Shown here in pieces: positions 1 to 9,727 of a stretch of 20,000 nt of DNA. Numbering within the stretch: position 1 is the stretch's first letter; every line of letters begins with the position of its first letter. Origin of the DNA: an uncultured virus (IMG/VR IMGVR_UViG_3300032245_001228) (taxonomy: Duplodnaviria > Heunggongvirae > Uroviricota > Caudoviricetes); IMG/VR virus record IMGVR_UViG_3300032245_001228; one strand, written 5' to 3'. The position numbers and the translations under genes are program-made. The notes under the pieces were generated by a model. That model was not told the DNA's origin. It worked only from the letters and a program-made list of their open reading frames with translations, and made no database searches.

Positions 1-961
1 TAATATATATATGTTTTACTTTTACGATTTTAGATGAATCAAAATTTGGAGTTATTGTAATTGAATTAGCTTTTTGTGTTGATCTGGATTTTAAAGTAAA
101 ATCTAATCTTAATGGATCATTCATATTATGATTTGACCAATTAACTAAAGAGTTTTTTGCTACGGTTGACAAAGTAGTATCATCAACTATGTAACAAAAT
201 TCATTTTGATGACGGAATACATTGTCTTTTGGTTCAACAGAAATTGCTTCATAAACAAAAAATGAAGCTGGATTTAAATCTGCCATATGAACTGCATTAG
301 AAGTGCTAGGTGGATTTAAAAATTTGTATTCATAATTAATATCAGAAATATTATTTGTTTTTTTTACAGCTAAATTGTTATCGCCTATAAAACCATTAGA
401 TGGATTTATAATTATCTCATTTGGCTGCCATCTTACAGGATTGTCTTTTATTTTTATTGAAGCAAAGCCACCAGTAATCATCGGGTTTTGACTGACTGGA
501 GTATTTGTCCAATCAATGTAATCTCCATTCTCAAATGAATCGCCATTATAAACTATGTCATTTGACGGACTTGAACTATACATCTGAAGTATTTTAGTTT
601 TAGAAAAAATTCTTTCTGTATACTTTTTTTCGTTTTCTATTTCAGTAGAAAATAAATTAAAAATACTAATTGCTTTTGCATTTAAGAAATCTAATTGTTT
701 TGCTGATACGTTAATGTCATCTCTTATTGCATTTATAAATTTGTTCATCTTAGTAGATGATGGCGGCTCTCCAAGAGTAAACAGCTCTAATGAAGCTTGT
801 GGTGAATTTACCTTCTCGTGTATTTCTGTTAGATAGTTATGAAACTCTTGCAGGATGTCTTGTTTGGTAACATATTTTCCTTCAGACTGTTTCTTAGCAA
901 TAGCGGCAATACTGATCGCTATTTGATCATAAACTAATGTAATTGGAGAAAGTTGTGCCAT
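1..961 (-). CDS. Putative virion structural protein, 3' end outside window (MAQLSPITLVYDQIAISIAAIAKKQSEGKY...)
   Basis: Not in the ORF track. ATG at 961-959, 11 nt after the TAA of 973..3600. Frame read by hand is open to the window edge (~320 codons): helical N-terminus, then an N/S/T-rich beta-type region. Confidence 0.8.
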   Translation of the reverse strand, partial: MAQLSPITLVYDQIAISIAAIAKKQSEGKYVTKQDILQEFHNYLTEIHEKVNSPQASLELFTLGEPPSSTKMNKFINAIRDDINVSAKQLDFLNAKAISIFNLFSTEIENEKKYTERIFSKTKILQMYSSSPSNDIVYNGDSFENGDYIDWTNTPVSQNPMITGGFASIKIKDNPVRWQPNEIIINPSNGFIGDNNLAVKKTNNISDINYEYKFLNPPSTSNAVHMADLNPASFFVYEAISVEPKDNVFRHQNEFCYIVDDTTLSTVAKNSLVNWSNHNMNDPLRLDFTLKSRSTQKANSITITPNFDSSKIVKVKHIYI

Positions 962-972
962 ATAGTATCTTC

Positions 973-3600
973 TTAATTTGTAGAAATTGTTTTAGTTAAT
1001 TTATCGTAATAAGGATCATAATTTTTAGTTTTTGCTTTTAACAGAACTAAATCAGCTGCACCGCTAAATGTGGTGTCTGAAGTATTTTTTCTTATTATTA
1101 ATCTGAATCTAATAGTATCCGCCAAGTAATCATAGAATGCAGTTATATCTCCATCAATTTGTTTATTGAAGATAATATTTTTTCCATTTTGAATAAAGTA
1201 ATACAGATCAGTGGACTCTGGGAATTCTGGGAATTCTTTAGTTCCAGTATAGTTGGTTAGGTTTATCGCAAAAGACCCGTCCGGCATTTGTAGTTTTATT
1301 GGGCTATATCCTTGTTGACTGCCAGAAAATATAGTACCAACTAACTTACTGTATATAGCTGTGTTTATATTTCTTGTATCTATATGAGGAATCTGAGCTA
1401 GCTGTATTCTATTTAGCGCATCAGTTCCAGAAAAGGTTTCATTAGAATTGCCAGATCCAGAAGAAGACTTTAATGTTTCATCTAATAAGCCAAGTCTAAA
1501 AAAATCTACATAATCAACATTATATAGAGATAAATCTATTGTATATGAACAAGAATAAATTGAATCTCTTTCAAGTGTACTAATTATAATATTATTGCCA
1601 TTTAATTTATATTGACTTGGATTTATTGTTGTCCCGTTTTTAAAAATTTTAATTGTATCTGTCTTGAAAGGAAATCTAGTCTTGCAAGAAAATGATTGTT
1701 GATCAAAAAACAAAACTTCTGAATCAATTACGTCAACTCCAGATTCACATACTGGCAGCCAATCATCTTCAATTGAAGGGTTTTCTTTGTTTGATATTGA
1801 AAGCTCATAAGATACCGGATACTTTAAATCTAATGTTGAATTCAATAAATTAAATTGATTTTGATTTTTAATAACCTTTGCTTTAATAGCTAAAGGGTAA
1901 CCATTAAAATTTATCTTCTTACTAACAAAACATGCTTTTGTTTTTTCATTTGGAGTTACTTCGCAAAAATCTATAGATTTAATAGAGAAAGAGTATTCAT
2001 AGGCATTAGATACTTCTGTATTGAGTAACTCTTTGAGAAGCGGTTTTTTCCAAGGCTGCTTGCTTTCAACTCCTGTTTGATCAGAGAATGAAACATTATT
2101 AGTATTTTGAACTGGTAAAAATACTGGTTTATTAAAATTAAAGTTTGATCTTACGTTGCTATCTGAATTAATAAAAACTGATTTTTCAAAAATTTGTCCA
2201 TTATCTCCCATTGAGTTAATAAAAATGTTTTTAAATAAATCTGATATAAGATTACTTGGTAAGACGCTAGTTGTATCCATGTCAAATTTTTCATAAATAT
2301 AACTACCCTGATAATCCATTGAGGAAAAACCTTTATCAATCACAGGATATTTATAACTATAATAATTATCTATGCTATTATATTCATTTTTTGATGTTTG
2401 ATTATACGAATTGTTTTTTAAGAAAAGATTATACACAAGACTTTGAAGCTTGTCTGTATTCTTTTGTTTTATTTCTTTAATTATTTTAGCAGTGTTATAC
2501 AGTCCCTTTGAATTTATCTCAGTTGTTACTGGCATATTTTCTGTTCTGATATAAGTTGGTTGATTAAAAATTAATATAATCATCTTAACAGTGCTCTTAG
2601 GAAACATTATTTCTGTCAAACCATCTATGGCTCTCGGAGCAGAAAGTACACCAAATTCTTCCCTAAATAAAAACTCTGATTCATTAGGGAGCGTGTCGTC
2701 ATAGGTATCTGAATAATTATTTATATCCCAAAAATCTTTTTCAAAAAGAACAACTTGTAAAAGTTGTAATCCATTACTTAAGTTTGGATTAATTAAAATA
2801 GAATCCATTGTTTGTGGTGCATCAAATGAAATTTCTACTACTGTTTGTGCTCCGTTAATATACTTTGTTGAATAATTTATATATTTAGAATAATTAGATA
2901 ATTTTGAAGTAAGTATTATTGGAGACTTTGCAGTTACCGACCAGGCATCTGCCGTAACATCATTTAATACTTTATCAAATCCAGTGTCTGTTGTTATATA
3001 ATTATCATAGTTATTAACTATCGAAAATGTACAGTCTAATAGATTCTTATTAAATACTTTTTCCCCAATTTTAAATATTCCCAACCTAGTATCAATAAAA
3101 CCATTTCCTAAAGTATCGAAAAATTCTCCGTCTCTATCGGTAAGAACAATTGTATTGTTATCTGCCGTGTAGTCATTCATGAAGTTATCAAATTTTTCTA
3201 TATAATTAGAATTAAACAAATCATCTTTTCCAGAAATGTATTCATAGTTATCTATATACAATTCTAAGTTTTCTATATCTTTTTCTATTTTTTGTATTTC
3301 TAAAGAGAAAACATCCTTTATAGAATTAATAAAAAGATTAACTAAATTTGCAGAAGCATAGTAGTTTCTTATCCTGAGGTCAGCATCTCTAAATATGTCA
3401 GTGAACACTATCTTATTAAGTTCTGCAAATGATGAGAAGGTGGACGGAGAAAATTTAGAGTCTGCTTTAAATAAATTTAATCTTGAAACCAAAGACTGAA
3501 TGTCTTGCTTGCTTGATTTAATTTCTTTTATCAAAGAACTAACAGAAGCCTGTGAATTATTCGATAAGGTATTCATTATAGTTGGAAGAAATTTATTCAT
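973..3600 (-). CDS. 875-aa putative virion structural (baseplate/tail-associated) protein
   Basis: Long ORF whose start overlaps the upstream stop by 8 nt (ATGAATAA). N-terminal amphipathic/coiled-coil segment, then beta-rich sequence. Function inferred from context only. Confidence 0.7.
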   Translation of the reverse strand: MNKFLPTIMNTLSNNSQASVSSLIKEIKSSKQDIQSLVSRLNLFKADSKFSPSTFSSFAELNKIVFTDIFRDADLRIRNYYASANLVNLFINSIKDVFSLEIQKIEKDIENLELYIDNYEYISGKDDLFNSNYIEKFDNFMNDYTADNNTIVLTDRDGEFFDTLGNGFIDTRLGIFKIGEKVFNKNLLDCTFSIVNNYDNYITTDTGFDKVLNDVTADAWSVTAKSPIILTSKLSNYSKYINYSTKYINGAQTVVEISFDAPQTMDSILINPNLSNGLQLLQVVLFEKDFWDINNYSDTYDDTLPNESEFLFREEFGVLSAPRAIDGLTEIMFPKSTVKMIILIFNQPTYIRTENMPVTTEINSKGLYNTAKIIKEIKQKNTDKLQSLVYNLFLKNNSYNQTSKNEYNSIDNYYSYKYPVIDKGFSSMDYQGSYIYEKFDMDTTSVLPSNLISDLFKNIFINSMGDNGQIFEKSVFINSDSNVRSNFNFNKPVFLPVQNTNNVSFSDQTGVESKQPWKKPLLKELLNTEVSNAYEYSFSIKSIDFCEVTPNEKTKACFVSKKINFNGYPLAIKAKVIKNQNQFNLLNSTLDLKYPVSYELSISNKENPSIEDDWLPVCESGVDVIDSEVLFFDQQSFSCKTRFPFKTDTIKIFKNGTTINPSQYKLNGNNIIISTLERDSIYSCSYTIDLSLYNVDYVDFFRLGLLDETLKSSSGSGNSNETFSGTDALNRIQLAQIPHIDTRNINTAIYSKLVGTIFSGSQQGYSPIKLQMPDGSFAINLTNYTGTKEFPEFPESTDLYYFIQNGKNIIFNKQIDGDITAFYDYLADTIRFRLIIRKNTSDTTFSGAADLVLLKAKTKNYDPYYDKLTKTISTN

Positions 3601-6600
3601 AATTTTTTGTTGTCCATGTTATACCGTCTAAATTTTGAATCTCAAAGGAAACACCAGCTGTAATGTTTCTATTAACTATATCATAAATTTCTTCAATATT
3701 AGTAAAATTAGATTTGACTCCGTCTGGTATTCTGATGGCTACATATCCACCCTTTGGATAAGCCCTTGGACTTACTGAATACATATCCCAGTAAGCATGT
3801 GTTCCGTCTATCTGAGATAGGGTTGTGTATGAATCTATGTCTGATGTAACTCCGCCACCCTTAATTCTTACATCGTATATATCCACTGATTTTTGTTCAG
3901 GGTTATTAGTGGTGTAGATGATTCCTATTGGAAGTGCGATAGGGTTGTACTTGTGAGACATCTTATCAAATATACTTGGGTCATAAGTAAAATGAACAGG
4001 ATATGAATTATTATATTCTGTTACTGGTATTTTTGTTGTAGTAGATGGTTGTGGCTCAAAACCTTCTAGCATAATATGAACTGGTGTATTCAGTATATTT
4101 ATTTTTGTTGGCATTAAGTAAATGTACAGCGGCTTATTGTTGTCAATCTTATCTTTATTTAAGAATGGATTTAGAGGTATCTCTTCTCCTTCAACTTGGT
4201 ACATCCAAATTGTAGAATCTTTTATAGTATAATCTACTTTTATTAGAGAAGGATCTGATGAAATTATTTGTTCTTCAAATTCTATAATTCCATTTTCTGC
4301 GTCTATATCTTTTATTAAATAATTAGGAATCTTTGACCAGGTTGCCGATTCACTTGCTCTAATATAGATGCTTACGGCTGGAACTATTGCTGGAACTACA
4401 GATTCAACTTCATCTTCTATGGCCATAGTGTAGTGCAGTATTGGAGTATGGCGAAGTTTAATTCTGTCTGTAGATACTATAGTTGGAATTTCATTATTTA
4501 TATCTTTACAGTTTTCTCCAAAAATTCTAGAAAATTTACCATCTAATATTGCTTCAGATGTATCATATGTGCAATATAGATATTGATTTACATACTTAGA
4601 TTTCCAATCCGTATAAATATAATCTCTAGTTATTGGAACAATTTTATTAAATGATCCAACTGTTACTCTTAATGGCCAAGCTTCCTTGCCACTAGCAGCA
4701 TCTGACATTTCTGCTACTTTTATAGCAGTAGAGTTTTTATATTTTACGGAATAAACAGGTGTAATCATTTTGGGAGAAATGTTAACTGGCTTAAATGTGT
4801 TCGTGCTTTGTACGCCAACATAATCAACCTTATCACTTATATTTCCATCAGCGTCATATGCCATGACTGCAAGATATATATTATTTACACCTCTTGTTAT
4901 TATTTCATTATATGAAATAAGTTTTCCTATAAATTCTTGTTCATTCTTATCATAAAATCCATAAAATAATCCTTCATCTTTAAATAATTTATTATTAACA
5001 GAAACATATCCGTAATTAATATCAAATTTAAGTGAAGGGTCATATAAAGTAATGATCGCAATTTCGTTTCTTACTTCTCCTGGAGTTGGTATGCCAACAG
5101 GTTTGCCGTTTACGTCAGACAAAAGAACTATTCCATCATTTGCTGTAACTGAATCTAATTTGCCTATTATCCCACCATTAGTTGTAATCAATTGAAAATC
5201 ATTAACAATTTTTTCTTCAGATATATAAGTTTTTGAATCACCGTAATATGATGCGGAAGTGGCTAAAGAAACACTAGTTGTTTGCTGTGATCCAATTGTG
5301 ATCCTGTCAGGAATACTTCCTCCATACGTGATGGTGAGTACACTGTTTGCATTAACTGTTTGACCATCTGAGGATGAATTTATTTCTAAAATTTGTACAG
5401 AGTTATTTATATCTATTGATGCACTTGAAACTTTAGTAAAGTCTACAGTTATTCCCTTGTTTGTTATGGTATCTATTGCATTTGGATCTTGGACAATTAA
5501 CTTATTTACTAAGTTATTTAATGAGCTATCATTTACTGCAAGTTGTGGGTTAAACGTTCTGGTGTATCTCTTGCCCAAATATGTATACTCTATACTGTCT
5601 AATAAGATATTTTTTCCATTTAAATATGAAAGATTATATTCTCTATTAATTGGAGATAAGGCAGACAAGTTTTCAAAGCTTTCCGTTAAATACCCAATAG
5701 CATTTATTTTTAATTTTGTTGTTTGAATTTTATCTTTATAAACTATGTCTCTTGATATTTCATCAAAATCTTTTACAACATTAACTATTTCTATAAGCTC
5801 TGGGTCAGCTTCACTTGGCTGTTCTATGTAAACAAGATCTTCTACCCATTTTGAATTGTCATTATCCCAACCATAAAACTTATTTTCTAAAGTAGTGTAT
5901 ATTAAATGCTTATCTAGAGATGTAGCTAAACTTGATCCATCTTCTCTAGGAGAACTTAACCAAGACAGATTCGGATCTGGGTTACCGTCTTTATCAAGTA
6001 ACCAGAATTGAGCCAACTCTTCTATGGCTGGCTTATTAATACTTGGGAAAGCTTGATGAATTTCGTTGAAATCAAGTATCTGATCTTCAATGATATCATC
6101 TGGTCGTTTTGTTGTTGCTGGTGTTGTTACATCTGCAGTTATCGAAAGTATTCCAAATCCTTCAGCTAGGTTTCCATACTTGCCACCTAACTGTTTGCCG
6201 TTTGTTTGAATACGAACAAACATATATCTACATGTACTAGTAGGCGCATTGATTGGTATTGTTATATTGTTTGCAGAATCTATCGCCGGAGCATTTGCTT
6301 TATGTACTTTATATGATTTATATATCGCGTTTGATGCTATCTTAGTTGTTCCAACATTAATCGGATTTGAATCAGTGTATCCATATCCAACTATTTTAAC
6401 TTTATTCCACGGAGCTCCTTCAAATTTTATAGTTACATTTCTAACTTTTTCATATTTTTCTGGTTGTGGGATGGCAAAGAATATAAAATCTTCTATTGTT
6501 GTAGGAGAAGCGCTAACGTTTCCTGTAAAAGAAATTCTTCTATATGGATTGCCAGAATTGATTTCAGAAGCAGATATTTGCTTAAATACAGCTTCAGGAA

Positions 6601-9600
6601 ACTGCGCGACTCCGTACTGTTGTGCTAAATTAATTACATTATTATAATAAATTGGTTCATTTACTCTCCAAAATCTTAAGACATAAGCCATTAAAGATTT
6701 TGTTTCGCTATCAACAACTCCATCTGGTGGATACAATAGCTTAACTCTTGGAACTAGTCCTGCTCCAACTTGACCTGTGCCAACCTTGGTCTGAAACTGT
6801 TTTACAGCTGCGCTTAAAGCAGCCGTATATGTATTGTTATCTTCTGTTTTAGCCTTCATATTATAAAGGCCAGATACCTGCATCATTACTTTAATGTATC
6901 TTACATAAGGATGCTTTGATCCAACTCTCCAGGTTTCAAGTGGGTATCCACTTTGAGCTACATCTATATCCCAAGTATATTCAAAATTTTTAAAATTAGT
7001 TAAAGTCAAATCGCTTAATATATTTTGTCTTCCACTTATTAATATTTCTCTAGCAGAAACTATATCAGTACATGGAACAGCTTCTACATCTACTCCAGGA
7101 ACATTTACATCTGGCTCTGATGGTGAAGGGTGTGTTATTATTTTATTTTTAAAAGCGTAGTTTCTTGTAACTATTCCTATGATTGAAACAGATCTCAGTG
7201 CAGCATCTGCCGTGTATTCTAGGTTAAGTTTTGTTCTTAAAGTTCCACTAAAAGCAATTGATTTTTCACTTGTAGAAACTCTAGAATATCTAGTAGCTAA
7301 AGAGAATGGATATGATTTAAAATATGCGCTAGGAGTTATTGAAGAATTGATAGCTCTAGTTCCACCAACTTTTATTTCTTTCATTTCTCTTAGCGCATAT
7401 GTGCCATAGCCGCTTGGAATGTGGAGTGGGTTAGACTTTTTTTCTGTTAACGCAAATATTTTTTGATCTTTATCTACAATTTTATATATAAAATAAGAAG
7501 TTGGAAAATTTTCTAAAGAAGAATTAGTAATTTTTACTTCAGAAAGATTGGATATTTTTGCCGGTGAAGAAACAATAACATCTGGATTTGTTATCTCTAT
7601 ATAAAAATCAGTATTATTAGCTAACACTGTTGGATTAATTATATGAGAAGATACAGAAGAAGGTATTGATTGTGTTACTTTTTCTAAATAATATTTTACA
7701 ATAGAATCTTTATTCGGAATCAAGTCTCTTGCATATTTAATGACTGATGAATTTGAAGAAACATTTGTAAAGTACTTACTCTTTTCATCGTCAAAAAGAA
7801 CATCTTGATCCATAACCCAAGATGATTCCCATGGGCCAACAAAGTTATATAGAGAAGGTCTAATGTCAACTTTTTTAGATAGTTGAGAACTACTGTACAG
7901 TGCATAGGCTACTGAGTTATAAAGAAGCTTAAATGGACCCTCAACGAAACCCGGCATTTGTAGGTAATTTTGTTGATCGTAAGCTACCGGACCAATATTG
8001 AGATCTGTAATACTTGGTGTATCGGCTGTATTGTATACAGTATTGCAGTATTCTAAGAATGAAAAAGAAGTAAATATGATATTACCTTGAGCAAGTTTGT
8101 CTCCGGTAGCTCCAAATGTGAATGTTGCTCCAACGCTATTTTTTGAACTTGAACTTATTCCTATATTCAAAAAAGATTTATCTGTGTTTGTTAAATCTAG
8201 ATATCTATAGTTTGCTTTTTTGATTCCAAATAATCCATATTGTGGTTTATTAAATATTGTTGAATCAATGTTCCAACCACCATTTTTATTTTCATCAAGT
8301 ACAGAAGATTCTATATACTCATAGTATGACGCTACTACTGCAGCTGATACATCTTGTTTTTTAATTTTAATGTCGCTAAATATAAATGGAACATCTCCAG
8401 GATAAGATGATGCATCAACAAGCAGTGTTCCGTTTTTAATGGTTATATAATTAGTTAATATATTTGTAGCTTTTTCAGAAAGTCTTGAAGTTGGCGCAAA
8501 AGAAAGAATGTCATAATCATCAAGATTATCTACAGATTGAATATCCACCATCCAATATCTTGCTTCAGACTTATTTGGTTTGCCGCCTTCTATAGATTGG
8601 ATCCAGAATCCAGATTCAACTTTTGGATTTTGAAAAACATACTTAGAAAGATTAAAGGAAGATTTTTCTAATCTATAAAAAACATAAGGTTTGATATTTT
8701 CTAAAGAAGTTGTATCATTGGAATCGTAAAGAACCCCAACATTTATAGTCCTTTGCTTTATCTCTCCAGATTCTTCTGCGTTCTTTGAGTTATCAACGAT
8801 ATCAAAATTAACTGATTGATTAACTCTTGCAACTACTCTCCAGTTAAATGCTTCATATGTTCTATTATCAAACAAAGCTTTTCTTGGAACAAAAACTTGA
8901 TGACTACTATAATCTAAGTTATGAGTAAATATATCTGAATATTTTTTATTTAATTTTTTAATTGAAAATACTTTTTTATTATTCTTAGATATAACTTGAG
9001 CTTCTTCTGCTATTTGAGTATATAAAGAAACTGCGTTTATTGTTTCTGTATATCTTAAATTCTGTGAAAGAACTTCACCGTTAGAATCGCAAACTACTTT
9101 ATCATAAACCAATTTAAGATTAACTGGATCGGATGAATCTAATCCAATTATTATTCTATATGGTATTTCTGAGTTTGTAGAATTAGTCTCAGTTATATAT
9201 GGCTCTAATAATATTTTATATTTTTTTCTTAAACTATTTTTATCTACATATTCTTGATTTTGCGAATCTAATACTTTAATATTTATATTTTTATAAAAAG
9301 AAATATCATAATAATCATCTAAATCTATTATAGAATAACCGGTTGGAGCTATAACAAAAAATTTACTTACATAATAATAATGTAAAAAATCTGTTTCATT
9401 TATTTTGTCTGGATAAATTCTTTCTGTAATAAAATTTTTTGAAAGAGCTATATCGCTAATCGTAATGTCTGAACTATATACATCAGCATTACCGTTTTCG
9501 TCCTGGAGAATACCTAACTCATTGGCGTAAAGGAACTTTGTTTCTTCTTGATTTGATATTTTATTCTCGGCTATGGTTTCAGAAACATCTATAATTTTTA

Positions 9601-9727
9601 AGTTATCTTTTGGACTCAGTTTTTTATTTGCAAAATATGCGAGTCCCGCTGCGTTATAGGGTACGACATTGCCAATCTTTATAGCTTCTTCATTCCCTAA
9701 GGCGGTTATATTTTCAAATATTTTCAT
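3593..9727 (-). CDS. 2044-aa multidomain virion structural protein with an internal peptidoglycan-binding (PG_binding_1-like) domain
   Basis: TAATG stop/start overlap at 9727 with a GAGGA SD upstream. Segment WRVGSKHPYVRYIKVMMQVSGLY...AAVKQFQ...DGVVDSET (~6689-6931) matches the PGBD pattern GS..V..L...G...AVK.FQ...DG.V...T. Confidence 0.75.
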   Translation of the reverse strand: MKIFENITALGNEEAIKIGNVVPYNAAGLAYFANKKLSPKDNLKIIDVSETIAENKISNQEETKFLYANELGILQDENGNADVYSSDITISDIALSKNFITERIYPDKINETDFLHYYYVSKFFVIAPTGYSIIDLDDYYDISFYKNINIKVLDSQNQEYVDKNSLRKKYKILLEPYITETNSTNSEIPYRIIIGLDSSDPVNLKLVYDKVVCDSNGEVLSQNLRYTETINAVSLYTQIAEEAQVISKNNKKVFSIKKLNKKYSDIFTHNLDYSSHQVFVPRKALFDNRTYEAFNWRVVARVNQSVNFDIVDNSKNAEESGEIKQRTINVGVLYDSNDTTSLENIKPYVFYRLEKSSFNLSKYVFQNPKVESGFWIQSIEGGKPNKSEARYWMVDIQSVDNLDDYDILSFAPTSRLSEKATNILTNYITIKNGTLLVDASSYPGDVPFIFSDIKIKKQDVSAAVVASYYEYIESSVLDENKNGGWNIDSTIFNKPQYGLFGIKKANYRYLDLTNTDKSFLNIGISSSSKNSVGATFTFGATGDKLAQGNIIFTSFSFLEYCNTVYNTADTPSITDLNIGPVAYDQQNYLQMPGFVEGPFKLLYNSVAYALYSSSQLSKKVDIRPSLYNFVGPWESSWVMDQDVLFDDEKSKYFTNVSSNSSVIKYARDLIPNKDSIVKYYLEKVTQSIPSSVSSHIINPTVLANNTDFYIEITNPDVIVSSPAKISNLSEVKITNSSLENFPTSYFIYKIVDKDQKIFALTEKKSNPLHIPSGYGTYALREMKEIKVGGTRAINSSITPSAYFKSYPFSLATRYSRVSTSEKSIAFSGTLRTKLNLEYTADAALRSVSIIGIVTRNYAFKNKIITHPSPSEPDVNVPGVDVEAVPCTDIVSAREILISGRQNILSDLTLTNFKNFEYTWDIDVAQSGYPLETWRVGSKHPYVRYIKVMMQVSGLYNMKAKTEDNNTYTAALSAAVKQFQTKVGTGQVGAGLVPRVKLLYPPDGVVDSETKSLMAYVLRFWRVNEPIYYNNVINLAQQYGVAQFPEAVFKQISASEINSGNPYRRISFTGNVSASPTTIEDFIFFAIPQPEKYEKVRNVTIKFEGAPWNKVKIVGYGYTDSNPINVGTTKIASNAIYKSYKVHKANAPAIDSANNITIPINAPTSTCRYMFVRIQTNGKQLGGKYGNLAEGFGILSITADVTTPATTKRPDDIIEDQILDFNEIHQAFPSINKPAIEELAQFWLLDKDGNPDPNLSWLSSPREDGSSLATSLDKHLIYTTLENKFYGWDNDNSKWVEDLVYIEQPSEADPELIEIVNVVKDFDEISRDIVYKDKIQTTKLKINAIGYLTESFENLSALSPINREYNLSYLNGKNILLDSIEYTYLGKRYTRTFNPQLAVNDSSLNNLVNKLIVQDPNAIDTITNKGITVDFTKVSSASIDINNSVQILEINSSSDGQTVNANSVLTITYGGSIPDRITIGSQQTTSVSLATSASYYGDSKTYISEEKIVNDFQLITTNGGIIGKLDSVTANDGIVLLSDVNGKPVGIPTPGEVRNEIAIITLYDPSLKFDINYGYVSVNNKLFKDEGLFYGFYDKNEQEFIGKLISYNEIITRGVNNIYLAVMAYDADGNISDKVDYVGVQSTNTFKPVNISPKMITPVYSVKYKNSTAIKVAEMSDAASGKEAWPLRVTVGSFNKIVPITRDYIYTDWKSKYVNQYLYCTYDTSEAILDGKFSRIFGENCKDINNEIPTIVSTDRIKLRHTPILHYTMAIEDEVESVVPAIVPAVSIYIRASESATWSKIPNYLIKDIDAENGIIEFEEQIISSDPSLIKVDYTIKDSTIWMYQVEGEEIPLNPFLNKDKIDNNKPLYIYLMPTKINILNTPVHIMLEGFEPQPSTTTKIPVTEYNNSYPVHFTYDPSIFDKMSHKYNPIALPIGIIYTTNNPEQKSVDIYDVRIKGGGVTSDIDSYTTLSQIDGTHAYWDMYSVSPRAYPKGGYVAIRIPDGVKSNFTNIEEIYDIVNRNITAGVSFEIQNLDGITWTTKNYE

